Of a stretch of 64,000 nucleotides of DNA, positions 11,686 to 24,446 are shown one piece after another. The position numbers and the translations under genes are program-made. This DNA comes from Octopus vulgaris. Taxonomy: Eukaryota. Below the pieces are notes generated by a model. It ran no database searches. It was not told where the DNA came from and saw nothing but the letters and a program-made list of their open reading frames with translations. Numbering within the stretch: the stretch's first letter is position 1; every line of letters begins with the position of its first letter. The stretch covers positions 15,748,001 to 15,812,000 of the forward strand of contig OX597823.1 of NCBI GenBank assembly GCA_951406725.2, in the 5' to 3' direction.

Positions 11686-12922
11686 ATATATATATATAAA
11701 GACAATGACTGACCTGTGGAGCTTCAATGATTTCTATTATTGGCTGACTGCCAAATATTTATGAGGAAAGAAATGTATGTTGTAGATTTAATCAGACCAT
11801 GTACTTTTGGCCTCATATTTCTTACTTTCACCTCCATAAAATGAGGACGTGAATGAAAAATAATTTGACTAGTCCACCTCTCATTGGGGATTTGATACCA
11901 AATGTCAAGAAACAAAATACTATACATCGTAAGGTGATAGTTTAGTTCGGTGACCAACTGTCACTCAGTTATTGTATGTTTGTTGTTGTTTAATCCTAGA
12001 GAAGAAGCCATGATTAGGTATTACGTATAATTAAAGGCATTCTAGCCTTGAGTGTCTCGCCATTTCCTTTTTGTGTTAGACAGAGTGGATCTAAGAGCAT
12101 ATTATTAATTAAATAAAATGTCATTCTGTTTTTAAGATTATCAAGTGATTTGAGATGTGATGTATGTGGCTGCTATTTCTTGCTATTCACGCCGCCACAT
12201 ACAGGTTTTTACAAAATGTGACAAAGCCTTTTTACCATAATCATTCTCATCACTATTACTACTATGATCACCACTACCACTACTATCACCATTAAAACTT
12301 ACTATCCCCATTGCCACAAGTAATGTTACCCCTATAACCATCACAACCAATAGTATCATCACCACCACCACCATCATCATCAACAGTACTATAACCACCA
12401 CAATCACTACACCACCAGTGCTGTTATCCCTGCTGCTTTCTCTACTGTAATACTGCAACCACTACCATCATCGCCACAGATACTGTTACCACCACTGCAA
12501 CGACTGTTACATAATTCACGGTTACATAATATGCAAGTGTGAGAAGTTGTCTTTGTACATGCACTCATACACACATACAGGCTCACACACACACATGAAT
12601 GGTTTTCTCTTCTTACAGGAAGTTACAGTAATTTGTAGATGAAGTCCTTTTTGGTCACTGATAAATGTTAAATGATGTTGGAAATGTGATTGTTCAGTGA
12701 GAAGTAAATGTAATTTGAAAAGAAAATTAGACATCATACATGCACATATACACACACACACATTCTTATGCACATCCACATGCAAATATCAGCATTTAGA
12801 CCCCTAAATATTTATACACCAGTTATTCCTCCATACATCCATATGCATACACATATACACACATCTCTATATATACAGACAGGCAAAGACACATGCACAA
12901 AAGCACGCACATGTTTATATAT

Positions 12923-13315
12923 ACTCTTACTCTTTTACTCGTTTCAGTCATTTGACTGTGGCCATGCTGGAGCACCGCCTTTAGTCGAGCAACTCGACCC
13001 CGGGACTTATTCTTTGTAAGCCCAGTACTTATTCTATCGGTCTCTTTTGCCGAACCGCTAAGTGACGGGGACGTAAACACACCAACATCGGTTGTCAAGC
13101 AGTGCTAGGGGAACAAACACACATACACACATACATATATATATTCATATATACGACAGGCTTCTTTCAGTTTCCGTCTACCAAATCCACTCACAAGGCA
13201 TTGGTCGGCCCGGGGCTATAGCAGAAGACACTTGCCCAAGATGTCACGCAGTGGGACTGAACCCGGAACCATGTGGCTGGTTAGCAATCTACTTACCACA
13301 CAGCCACTCCTGCGC
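12923..13315 (-). mobile_element. SINE family A, full length
   Basis: Reverse complement of head (cagccactcctgcgc) and tail (ctcttttactcgtttcagtcatttgactg). Confidence 0.92.
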
Positions 13316-14719
13316 AGAAATATATTCACAAACATACACTTAAGAAAATCTCTATAAGAGACGAAAACAGTATCTATACTGAAAAGCAATGTTTATTGCC
13401 ATCTATATATGGGTGTTCTCTAAAAACCAACAATACTGCTATTTTAACCCCAGGAGGATGCCTTCTTCAGCTGGTTACCCAGTATGTTTTGCACTCAATA
13501 TATATTGCAAGTGGGGAGACAACTCCCTTCTATCCCCGCATTCAAGACCATCAGACCATGCTGTTTCGACCTTATTATGGTCATCCTCAGTGATGGATAC
13601 TTGTCTGCTAGACATAGCAGTAGTTAACCCCAGCTTGCATTATATAGAAAATAAGTGACACACAGTCTTTGATTTTGCAACAAGCAAATTACCTCATTAA
13701 GAAAATCTCTATAAGAGATGAAAGCAGTGTCTTTTTTGAGAATTACATACACTTAAGGTTTTCTATTCATTCTGATTATTACCATCTTCTCAGTCAGTTG
13801 TAGATTCTTTGATCACTGTGCATCTCAATCCTTGATGTACAGCTTCAGTTACAAGTAAGATGTGTAAATGTTTTTATTGGAGAGGCCAGATCTCACTCTG
13901 CCTGCATGTATGCCTCTTTTTACATTTCTGGGTATACTGAGCACATTTTACATCCATATCTCCAATTTCCCTTCAATAGAGAAATCAGCAAAGTGAATGT
14001 CAGATAGCAATATTTTCCATTCTTGAAAGATTTATCTTTCATTTCTCCAAAGTGTCTTTGAGCTGATCTTTAAACAGCTTCTTTGGTCCTCCAGCTAGAT
14101 GTTGACTATAGTGTAGCCAACCATAGAAGATCCTATGTAGAAGACTTGTATCAGAGATGTGTTCTATGTCTGAGCCATCTCAGAAGATTCATATAAAATG
14201 TGGATTCAATGTTGCTGGTGTTTATTTACCAGATTTCATCCTCCTCCTCCTCATCATCATCCTTGTCATCATTTAAGATCTACTTTACCATACTTGTATG
14301 GGTTAGACAGAATTTATTGAATTTATTTTTTCTGTGGCTGGATGCCCTTCCAGTTACCAACACTCATTTGTTTCTAAGCAGAGTAATATTTCTCCATGAC
14401 CAGGCATGTTTGTCACAGAAGACTAAAAATGAATAACATTGCTTGTATGACAGTGATGCTTATATATAAGCGTTACATGATATCAAAACAAAGGTATACA
14501 CACACACACACACACACACTTAATGGTCTTCTTCCACTTAATGGTCTTCTTAATAGCCCAAGACTATAGTAGAAGACACTTGCCCAAGATGCCATACAAT
14601 CGAACCAAATCTAAAGCCCTGTGGTTGGGAAGTACACAGCAATGATTGCACCTACATTTGTGTGTGTAATCCTTCTTTGCTAGGTATCTGAAAGTGTATT
14701 TAGCTAATACTGAATGTTA

Positions 14720-15214
14720 AAGGTCTTAATGATCTAAATGTGTTAACTGTAGGTGATCCATATCTTGTATCCATATTGGTGAATGGAAATTCTGATGGTT
14801 TGGTAGATAAGGACCCAAGTATTAAGGGTGATATACTTGTCTAGAAAAGCTTTCTCTCTGATCCTTCGAAAGAATATAGAGACCTGTCTGAGACAGTTTA
14901 GAATCTCATTACTCAACGTGTAGTTGTAGGAAATATTGCTTCTTAGGTGTCTGAATTGGGAGAGTGTAGTGGTTGCTGCTATAGTACTGAGAAATCGGAG
15001 ATGAAAGAGGGAACTACAGGGCACCATTGATCAGTAACATCAGTTGTCTGAATGACCTGTTTTTATATAAGGTGTAACAGCTGTCAAAGACGATGGCTGA
15101 TTGAGTTTCTGGAGTTGTGAGCTACCACAACACAGCCATCAGTAAACTGTAGTTCAATGTTTTGTTAAACCTACAGCTTTCTAATGTTGAAAAAAAGTTT
15201 CTGTTGAGTTGGAA
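14720..15214 (-). mobile_element. Decayed RTE LINE RT fragment
   Basis: ORF 14743-15027 retains a drifted FxYLGS..L..EI..R...AS..F.R....F...I.L.TK..VY......YG.E.W pattern. Confidence 0.65.
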
Positions 15215-15222
15215 GTTAATAG

Positions 15223-15502
15223 GGTAAAATTACAGATTAACACCCGCACGATTTTCACTAAGAAAAAAAAAAAAACTCAGATTTTTTGCGTGGAATCAAG
15301 TACCCTGATCTCCTAATATGCTGGAAATCCCATATTTTGGTTCGGAATTGGTCCGGGCTTTTCACGCAAAAAATCAAGCCCCCCACCCTTCCGAACCGAA
15401 ATATGGGATTTACAGCATATTACGAGGTCACAGTACTTGATTCCACGCAAAAAATCATTTTTTTTTTTGAAAATCGTGCGGGTGTTAATCTGTAATTTTA
15501 CC
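15223..15502. mobile_element. MITE with ~80-bp TIRs and a perfect 8-bp TSD (Merlin-like)
   Basis: ggtaaaattacagattaacacccgcacgattttca... and its complement; TSD gttaatag at 15215-15222 and 15503-15510. Confidence 0.9.
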
Positions 15503-15934
15503 GTTAATAGTAAGTCCCGCCCCTCTTCCTTTACTTTCTCTTTCTCTTCCTTTACTTCTGTTATGCAATTCCATCATTCCTCTCTCCCACTCACTTTCAT
15601 CCTTCTTCAGTACATAATTCAACATTTCATCCCATTTCTTTTCAAATCGTCCGTCAATGGCTCTGTTCCCATCATTCTTTGCAACTCTTTGTTTATTTTC
15701 CTCATTGTCAATGATATTCCATTTATCCGTGAACCATCCTCATTACTATTCTTTCCATCCTTCTTTGCAACACTGCATTCTTAACTCTCCATTCATAACT
15801 CCATGTTCACCACTCCAATAAATCATAGCACTACTCACATATGCATTACAAACCATTCCCTTCAGTTACAGTAACACTTCCCTTCCTCATTAACATGCTA
15901 TTCAAGTACTAGAACTTCTTATAAATACATTTCA

Positions 15935-16185
15935 AATATGCTGTATCCAAGAGGTAAGGTGGAGAGGAGCTTCAGCCATGTTCCTCACAGGCAAGACACA
16001 TAGGTATAAAATCTTCTGGGAAGGTAACAGTGACAGGGTAGGTGGTCTGGGCATACTTTTTGCAGAGAAATAGCTGGATAAGATCATAGAAATAGTCAGA
16101 GTGAGCAATAGTGCTTAAGCTCAGACTAGTCTTGCAGAATAGCATAACATCAATTATCTCTGCCTATGCCCTGCAAGTGGGCCTA
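15935..16185 (+). mobile_element. RTE LINE AP-endonuclease fragment
   Basis: QEVRWRGASAMFLTGKTHRYKIFWEGNSDRVGGLGILFAEK*LDKIIEI...IISAYA. Confidence 0.8.
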
Positions 16186-16302
16186 CACACATACATGCTT
16201 ATGATTACAAAGTGAACTTCTTAACTACTTGACTATGCTTGTGTTGTCATCCACTCTCATGCATACATACCGCTTCTTGGTGGTGTACATGTATGTGTTT
16301 AT

Positions 16303-16348
<46 letters not shown>

Positions 16349-16544
16349 CAAGAGAGAGAGAGTGTACAGTTTTTTAGCTTGTCATGCTATATGGGCATTG
16401 CCTGAAGATTGTGCCAAGGTACCAGATGCACTAAAAAATTACTGTCTAAGATGCTTTCATCACATGAAACTAATAGTATTACTTAAAAACATATAATGTG
16501 TTTATTAAATAATATATCTGAGTAGTAGATCTGTTGCTAGTGAT

Positions 16545-17010
16545 TGAGCCTTCTCATCTTGATGGGTATGAAGGGTGCCAGTTCCTGAGGTGGCTGTTCA
16601 GGCCAAGGGTGGTATAAAAGAGCTGGGGTCATTTGTCACAAGGTAGGGTTGATGAGGGACGACGAAGTGCAAGTCACTCTTTGCATTGTCCATGTATGAT
16701 CTCTTTCTCTTGATGTTTGTCATTTTCCATCATGTCTCTGTCCCCTGATGATGACATGCTACCACTTTCGGCAGTCCTTGGTGATTGTCTCCCAAATACT
16801 TGTGTCAATGGAGCAGTGAAGGAGAGCGGCCTTGAGCTGGTCTCAAAAATGGAATTTGGGGGCTCCATGTAGTCTGGTGACTGAGGCCAGCTCTGCAAAG
16901 GTGAGTTGATAGGGGAGGCATGTTTGAGGCACACACATGATGTGTCCTAACCAACAGAGATGGTGTCGTCCCACAGTGACTTCAATACTGGGTAGTCCAG
17001 CCCAGAGCAG
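16545..17010 (-). mobile_element. Decayed RTE LINE 3' fragment
   Basis: LCWLGHIMCVPQTCLPYQLTFAEL...GAPKFHF*DQLKAALLHCSIDTSIWET resembles the RTE C-terminus. Confidence 0.72.
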
Positions 17011-17452
17011 AACCTCTTCATTGGTAGTGCAGTACTTCCATCAAATTTTCATAATTATGCAAATTTTGTGCTGTTGGAAATGTTCAATTTTCTTCAAGTC
17101 TCATCAATGCAACACTTACATCTCACAGCTGTGGAGGAGTGTTAAAATATATATATACACACAGGTACTTATATTCACACTTACACACACATATGCACAC
17201 ATAGTAGTTCATATATTTGGAGTTACTGTCCCCGTAGACAGGTAGCCTGCAATGCGGCTTGCAGAGACCAAGTCATGGTCTCCATCCAATCTATGTTGCA
17301 TTGTATGCCTCTCCATCTATGTGCATCTCACTCTCTCTATCAACCTTCTGACTGACTGCTGTGTCGTTTCTCTTCTCTCTGTTATTTCTTTCTTACTCTT
17401 ATTACTACAACAGCTAATGCTCTTCTGAATACACTGGTTCTTTACTATCATA

Positions 17453-17858
17453 GGCATAGGAGTGGCTGTGTGGTAAATAGCTTGCTTACGAACCACATGG
17501 TTCCGGGTTCAGTCCCACTGCGTGGCACTTTGGGCAAGTGTCTTCTTCTATAGCCTCGGGCCGACCAAAGTCTTGTGTGTGGATTTGTTAGACGGAAACT
17601 GAAAGAAGCCCATCGTATATATGTATATGTATATATATGTGTGTGCGTCTGTGTTTGTCCCCCCCCCCCCCAACATCGCTTGACAACCGATGCTGGTGTG
17701 TTTACGTCCCCGTAACTTAGTGGTTTGGCAAAAGAGACCGATAGAATAAGTACTAGGCTTACTAAGAATAAGTCCTGGGGTCAATTTGCTCGACAAAAGG
17801 TGGTGCTCCAGCATGGCCACGGTCAAATGACTGAAACAAGTAAAGAGAGTAAAGAGTA
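17453..17858 (+). mobile_element. SINE family A, full length
   Basis: ggcataggagtggctgtgtggtaa...gactgaaacaagtaaagagag. Confidence 0.92.
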
Positions 17859-18446
17859 TAGGCAAATACAGCCCTCTATTTGGCTGTACCCTTTTTTCTC
17901 TATCTTGTTTACCATACTAAGACAACCGTTGTGTCTCTCTCCCTACTGTTCATATGCCTTTTGATTGTGATAAATACACATACACACACACATGCACACT
18001 CACACATGCTTACACACACACACACGTACACTTGCATACATACACATTGAAAAATTTACTTGGTGTCCCTTTACATTACAAGTTCTAATTTTGCTGTGGT
18101 CCAGTATGACGGGGCTGATATATGAACCCGAAGATTGGAGAGTGGAGATATGTTGATATCTCTGTCAAATCTGTAGCTTTGTGCCAACATTAGATTCAAT
18201 CGAAAGATGAAATAGCAAATAATATTCAATAAAATAGTGTTATTAATAAGCACAGAATTAGGAAATATATTAACTATTTGCCAGCAATATGTTACTTGAA
18301 CTGTGACAAGGTTGACTGATTGACAAAATAATATTATTGACATGAATATGCTTCAATTTTGATGTCATGAAATGTTACACAAAAACAGAACAAATACAAC
18401 ATTCTACAAAAGAGTGTTGATAGTCTATATATACATTGTATGTGCA

Positions 18447-18495
<49 letters not shown>

Positions 18496-18497
<2 letters not shown>

Positions 18498-18720
18498 TTG
18501 TTGCGAAAGAGTACAGCAGGGGCCGCCACCATCCCCTGCCGGAGGATCGAGGTTTTGATTCCAAGGCTCCGGCAGGGGATGGTGGCGGCCCCTGCTGTAC
18601 TCTTTCGCAACAACTTTCTCTCACTCTTTCTTCTGTTGGCCTGCTCGCTTAGCCATTGTGACCAGCGATGTGTAGCAAGCAACATCTGATAGCCTGGTCG
18701 GTCATGGTGATCACGGTGAT
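18496..18720 (+). mobile_element. SINE family C copy with a 5' fold-back (perfect 49-bp stem)
   Basis: 18496-18544 is the exact reverse complement of 18567-18615; the body matches the SINE at 19284. Confidence 0.85.
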
Positions 18721-19059
18721 ATATATATATATATATATGAGTGTGTGTGTGAACAACAGAAGTAGCAATTACGTAGTTGAAGTTCTGTAGATATGGAAAA
18801 AAAAAAACATGATCAGCTCCTTGGACCATTGTCTCCAAATGTCTGAGGAACTAGTCATGTTTTTTCATCCACGAAACTTTAAGTAACCTTAGGAAACATC
18901 GCCCTCTCCTTCTCAATGTAGTCAAACCAAATAGTGTTATTTTGAAAACATTTAATATGTGTGTTTCAGGTTTGCATAATATATAACAAGAAATGCATCC
19001 ATTATGTAAACCTTCCTCAGTTAAAGCATTTCAAAAATATGACGAAATTAATTTGAAAA

Positions 19060-19246
19060 TATTTCAATATATATGTTGTTAGAGCAGTAAGTTAGCTACT
19101 AAGTTAAGAGACTAGATATGTATAGAGAGGAGGAGAGAGGGCAAGTAGGAGAGAGAGAGAGAGAGTCTCTTTTCCTCTCTTTATGCATACCTATTCTCCT
19201 AACTTAGTAGCCGGCTTACTGATCTAGCTACATATAGATTGAAATA
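19060..19246. repeat. Imperfect ~70-bp inverted repeat around a GA-rich spacer (old MITE or hairpin)
   Basis: tatttcaatatatatgttgttagagcagtaagttagctactaagtta... pairs with ...taacttagtagccggcttactgatctagctacatatagattgaaata. Confidence 0.7.
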
Positions 19247-19283
19247 AATATTCCCATCAATATCTCCATATTATCACACATGT

Positions 19284-19670
19284 GGAGGCACAATGGCCCA
19301 GTGGTTAGGGCAGCGGGCTCGCGGTCGTAGGATTGCGGTTTCGATTCCCAGACTGGGCATTGTGAGTGTTTATTGAGCGAAAACACCTAAAGCTTCACCT
19401 GGCTCCTGCAGGGGGCGGTGGCGACCACTACAGTACTGTTTCGCCACAACTTTCTCTCACTCTTTCTTGCTGTTTCTGTTGTACCTGTATTTCAAAGGGC
19501 CAGCCTTGTCACACTCTGTGTCACGCTGAATCTCCTCGAGAACTACGTTAAGGGTACACGTGTCTGTAGAGTGTTCAGCCACTTGCACGTTAATTAAACG
19601 AGCAAGCTGTTCCGTTGATTCGGATCAGCTGGGACCCTCATCGTCGTAACCAATGGAGTGCTTCTATTCC
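19284..19670 (+). mobile_element. SINE family C (tRNA-derived), full length with TSD
   Basis: A-box tggcccagtgg and B-box-like ggtttcgattcc; flanking tattatcacaca duplicated (19269-19280, 19671-19682). Confidence 0.9.
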
Positions 19671-20075
19671 TATTATCACACACACATGCACACACACACA
19701 CACACACACACACGTGCACATGCACATACTAGAGATATCACAAGCATGCATAAGTTTGTAGTATGTATCATGCTCTTCTTAATTGTTTTAGGTACCTAAA
19801 TAGTCATGAGCAGACACATATGCCCACTTGACCTCCCACCCTTGATTCAATGTAGCTTCCAGGATATGACAACTGGAGCGAGAGAGGGTTTTTACCAGAA
19901 CTCTGCTTGTACTCATTTCTGTTGCGTAAACTGGAACACAAGGACACAATGCATTATTGATTCCAGTATTAAAACTCCATGATCTTATGGTTGTGAACCC
20001 AGCATTCTAAACACTAAACCTTGGGTCTGCACACACACACACACACACACACACATGTGAGTCTGTAGTAGAAGT

Positions 20076-20274
20076 ATTCTTTTATTTGTTTCAGTCATTT
20101 GACTGCGGCCATGCTGGAGTACCGCTTTTAGTGTGAGCAAATCGACCACAGGACTTATTCTTTATAAGCCTAGTACTTAATCTATCAGTCTCTCATGCCG
20201 AACCGCGAAGTGACGGGGACACCAGCATCGATTGCCAAGTGATGTTGGGCGGACAGACACACAAACATATATAT

Positions 20275-20321
<47 letters not shown>

Positions 20322-20482
20322 ACGGGATTCTTTCAGTTTCTGTCTTCCAAATCCACTCACAAGGCTTTGGTCGGCCCAAGGCTATAGTAGAAGACACTTG
20401 CCCAAGATGCCACGCAGTGGGACTGAACCCGGAACCATGTGATTGGTAAGCAAGCTACTTACCACACAGCCACTTCTGCGCC
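20076..20482 (-). mobile_element. SINE family A, full length
   Basis: Head and tail as at 12923. Confidence 0.9.
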
Positions 20483-20483
20483 T

Positions 20484-20701
20484 GGGGTGGTGAAAAGTTT
20501 CTGGCTTTGGATTAAAAGAAAATACAGGAGGATCAATTCAGTATGAATATATTCAACATATTCTCCTCTCTGATTCATACACTTTTTTCCGCTGTCCTTC
20601 AGTTTTTCTAAGCCCTGTAGAAAAAAATTCAGAAAGTTGGGCCTCCAACCAAGCCTTTTGCAAGATCCTTAAAGCCAGGAACTTTTCAGCACCCCCTCGT
20701 A
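20484..20701. mobile_element. Mariner-type MITE
   Basis: TIRs ggggtggtgaaaagtttctggcttt / aaagccaggaacttttcagcaccccctcgta; the left tip is lost at the SINE junction. Confidence 0.75.
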
Positions 20702-21277
20702 TGTATAATGTGTGCACACATGTATGATGTTTCCACCCCAGCTAACATGTAGATTCAATGAAAGCAAGCTGGAGAGTAATGAAATTAGACCTGTTCTATT
20801 TAGTTGGTGTAACAGATGTCAAAAAGGGTGTGACACTGTGACAGTTGCAGCCTGTAAGAGCTTTTGGTTTGTTAATTGTTGCACCACCAAATGTGTTGCA
20901 TCACTGCGTAATGTAATGGTTGTTTTGTCACTACCAAGTTGCATTGACTGTTGAAACAGCTGTTATTTAGAATGTTGGTTGTAGGAATGGCCATACTCTG
21001 CTATCAGCAATTATGTATACATGTAGATACAGCATAATAGTAATTGCTGATTCGTTGGGAAGAGTTAAGTCAATTAATTTTAGTAAATTTATTCACACCA
21101 CTGGTACATCACATGTTACATTTATTAAAAAAATAAATGTGTATTTGCTAACCTTTGTTCTCTTTTATATATATATATTTATATTTTCTGTATTCATGCA
21201 TTAATTGTGGACTTTGTTATTTATCTCCACAATTTGTGCTTGTACATTCCATAAGACATTGTCTGTGCTATTGTAAT

Positions 21278-21520
21278 CATCATCATCATCGTTTAGCGTC
21301 CGCTTTCCATGCTAGCATGGGTTGGACGGTTCAACTGGGGTCTGGGAAGCCAGAAGGCTGCACAAGGCCCAGTTTGATCTGGCAATGTTTCTATGGCTGG
21401 ATGCCCTTCCTAACGCCAACCACTCCATGAGTGTAGTGGGTGCTTTTTATGTGCCAGACGAGTCTGGCAAACGGCCACGATCGGATGGTGCTTTTTATGT
21501 GTCACCTGCATGGGGGCCAG
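21278..21520 (-). mobile_element. RTE 3'-UTR repeat (family D)
   Basis: catcatcgtttagcgtccgctttccatgctagcatggg...ggatgcccttcctaacgccaacc. Confidence 0.85.
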
Positions 21521-22974
21521 GCAATATATATTGTGTGTGTGTGTGTGTGGTTGTGTCCCTGTCTCTATCTACCCATCCATCTGTCTGTTTATCTTTCTAT
21601 CCCTCTATCCATCAATCTACCTATCATCCAGGTTCCACCAACAGAATGAGTGAATCAACGATATAGGCTAACGATAATGTGGGATTAATGAGTTAAATAA
21701 TGAACAGAAAGTCAAAGTTTGATAGAGGAACAACTCTTATTGCCAGCTAAAACCAAAACATCAACAAATAAGATAAATTAAATTACGAATTAAGATAGAA
21801 CACTTGTTGTAGAAGGAATCTGTTCTGTCTACTATCTTGTTAATACTATTCTCAGTGATTAAATCTTTTCTACAAGGCCAAACAAATAACACTAGCATCT
21901 GTAATAATAATAATGTTCACTCTAAGACCTTTTATGTTTTATCAATGAGGATTGGCCCTGTTGACTTTTATAGATGAAGGATACAATTGAGAAAAATTGA
22001 TAATCTTCCCTGTGACATTGAACTAGTCTCATGGTGTCTGTTTGCTGGGTGATTACCACATATACCATGATATTTGTTAGTGAGCTAACGAATGAATACT
22101 ATCTCTTAGTGTTCATTTATCGGTTTTAACTCCACTACTACTGTGACCATATTGCACACCTTTGCTCAAGACTTGGTTATCAATTTGCTATCAAATTTTT
22201 TTTATCGATGTTGCTTTGATTAAGTGGTACAAACTGTAAGATTAGTTAACATGTAAAAACTTGTTTTGAAAACTCAAACTGATAATGCTTTCAAGGTTCA
22301 ACTGTTACTTGCATTAATATCCGACATCCAGGAGTTTAGTGCACCGTGATAGTTGATGTCCAAGGGAGATAATTATTTCATGTAAATTGTCTTGTCAATT
22401 AAAGAAATTCTTTTTAAGATTTTTTTATAACAACACAATACCATAAATTTACCAAAGAAAGAAGAATGCTATTGTTGATTCAAGTATATCATTGGTATTT
22501 ATTTTTACTGGAAGATTATTGTAATCAAATTTAAAGAATAAACAGAGACATCATTTTTTTGACATAACATTCAAATGGCAGATACATCTCTTGCAATAAA
22601 TTCTTTATCTTAATATATAGGTTGGGGAGCTATATGCAACACGTTATTTCTTGACTGGATTTTAGAGAAAAGGATCAAGACATTTTGTGGAATATATGCT
22701 TTACTCAAGAACATTTGCTTCCATGAGGAATAGTAACTAGTTTGTGAACATGGTTTATTTTATATCACAAATTGTGACTGAAGGTGTTTGAGCTGTCTGT
22801 TACAAATTTTCAACTTGTCAAACACTGTTTATTATTTCAAGAGTAACTAGGAAGTGTCTGTATCTTGGCCAGGACAAATATCATAAGGAACCTCATTCAA
22901 ATTTGGATTTTTTCCACTGATCTTTCCACTCTTAGCCAATATGCATCAATAAAAGATATAATCTACTCTATTTA

Positions 22975-23166
22975 CGTGCTGGTGGCACGTAAAAAGCACC
23001 CACTACACTCTCCGAGTGGTTGGCGTTAGGAAGGGCATCCAGCTGTAGAAACTCTGCCAAAACAAGATTGGAGCCTGGTGCAACCATCTAGTTCGCCAGC
23101 CCTCAGTCAAAATCGTCCAACCCATGCTAGCATGGAAAGTGGACGTTAAACGATGATAATGATGAT
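22975..23166 (+). mobile_element. RTE 3'-UTR repeat (family D)
   Basis: ggtggcacgtaaaaagcaccc...ggacgttaaacgatgat. Confidence 0.85.
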
Positions 23167-24126
23167 GTACATATACACACACACACACTTGCATGCAAAT
23201 ACATATGTGCACCCCCTTGGGGTGCAACGGTCACCTAAAGTCATTTGCTAAGTTACTGCACATGTGTGATCAAACTAAAGCCAGCTTGATTGTGAAGTAA
23301 CGTCTGAACCACACAACTATTCCTGTACCAAAAAGCTTACTCCTTGTTTCACACCTGTCTCTCTTAATCAGTTTCAGACCACAGGAGACAAAATTCCAGT
23401 TTCTATTGTGTTACATAGATGTGAAGTAGATATGCCCCATCAATAAGGAGATGACAGATAGCCTCACTCATGGAGGAAACTGAATTTATCACTATTAACC
23501 AATGAATTTAGTATTGATGCTACATATAACAGTGGATTATTGCTCATACAATACCTGCATATAGTTAAGTGGATTTAGACTTTAAGAATTAAGTGTCTTG
23601 AACTGTTAAGATAATTTTATTTTCAACACAGGTGACAAAAGTCAATTATATTGACCTTAGTAGTAGACTAGTATATATTTTTATGAACCTCAGAAGGATG
23701 AAAGATGAAGTTCACTCCTCAGGCTTCATTATATTAACCTCTGTTTAACTTTAGTTTAGTTGAGTAATTTTGTTTAGTAAAGCTGTTATAGAAAGTTGCC
23801 ACTGGATGCCTGACTTTGTTCTGTGTGTATGTACGTAAAGGTAAGACTCTTGCTCTCATTGCTTTAGTCCAAGTCATTGTAAATAATTATGGTGGAAGCA
23901 CAAGCTCAGTTCTGTAAGTAGTGCCTAACAATGTGAATCAAGTGATTTATTATTAGCTAGAAGTTTTCTTTCTTTTTTCTAGACATGTCTCTGAAACCGG
24001 GACATAATTTTCATATTAATTCCATTTAGCTGTCTTTAATCATGTCTCAGCCAGGTTGGATTTAAAGAACATAAAATCCCAATAAGGCAACTCACTTATT
24101 TTCTCTTGTGGAATATTCATTTAGTT

Positions 24127-24446
24127 CAAGGGTTCTCAACCATTTTTATCTGCGGACCTCTTTGATTACTATTTTATTCTCGTGGGCCCCCAAAGGCATA
24201 CGATGTTTAAAAGCTAGTTTTGTAGAAACCTCTTTCAAAATTCCTATTTTGTTTTTCACACATTCACTTGTATAGGTTGAACTATGTTAAAATGTTAGCG
24301 AAAGAAACCTATCTGTTTCATGCAATACAAACATCTAAAACAAAATTTTTTCAGGAGCCCTTAGAATATTATTGTGGATCCCCAATTTACTATTTTGTTA
24401 CATGGAACCCCCAAAATCTCATATGGATCCCAGTTGAGAACCACTG
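24127..24446. mobile_element. hAT (Charlie-like) MITE
   Basis: TIRs caagggttctcaac / gttgagaaccactg; perfect 8-bp TSD atttagtt. Same family as 32151-33049, opposite orientation. Confidence 0.88.

Noticed and set aside
12823-13343. Recurrent ORFs 'MTTDAGVFTSPSLSGSAKETD...' and '...YQIHSQG.GRP...' resembling a gene family
   Set aside because: They are reading frames through SINE family A copies.
19284-19360. tRNA gene
   Set aside because: The tRNA-like head continues into a SINE body with TSD and has dispersed relatives; the cloverleaf is incomplete.
23800-23846. Strong donor-like AAG|gtaaga preceded by ATGs, a possible alternative first exon
   Set aside because: One ATG frame hits TAA and the other gives phase 0, incompatible with phase-2 exon 2; only a non-coding exon remains possible and nothing supports it.
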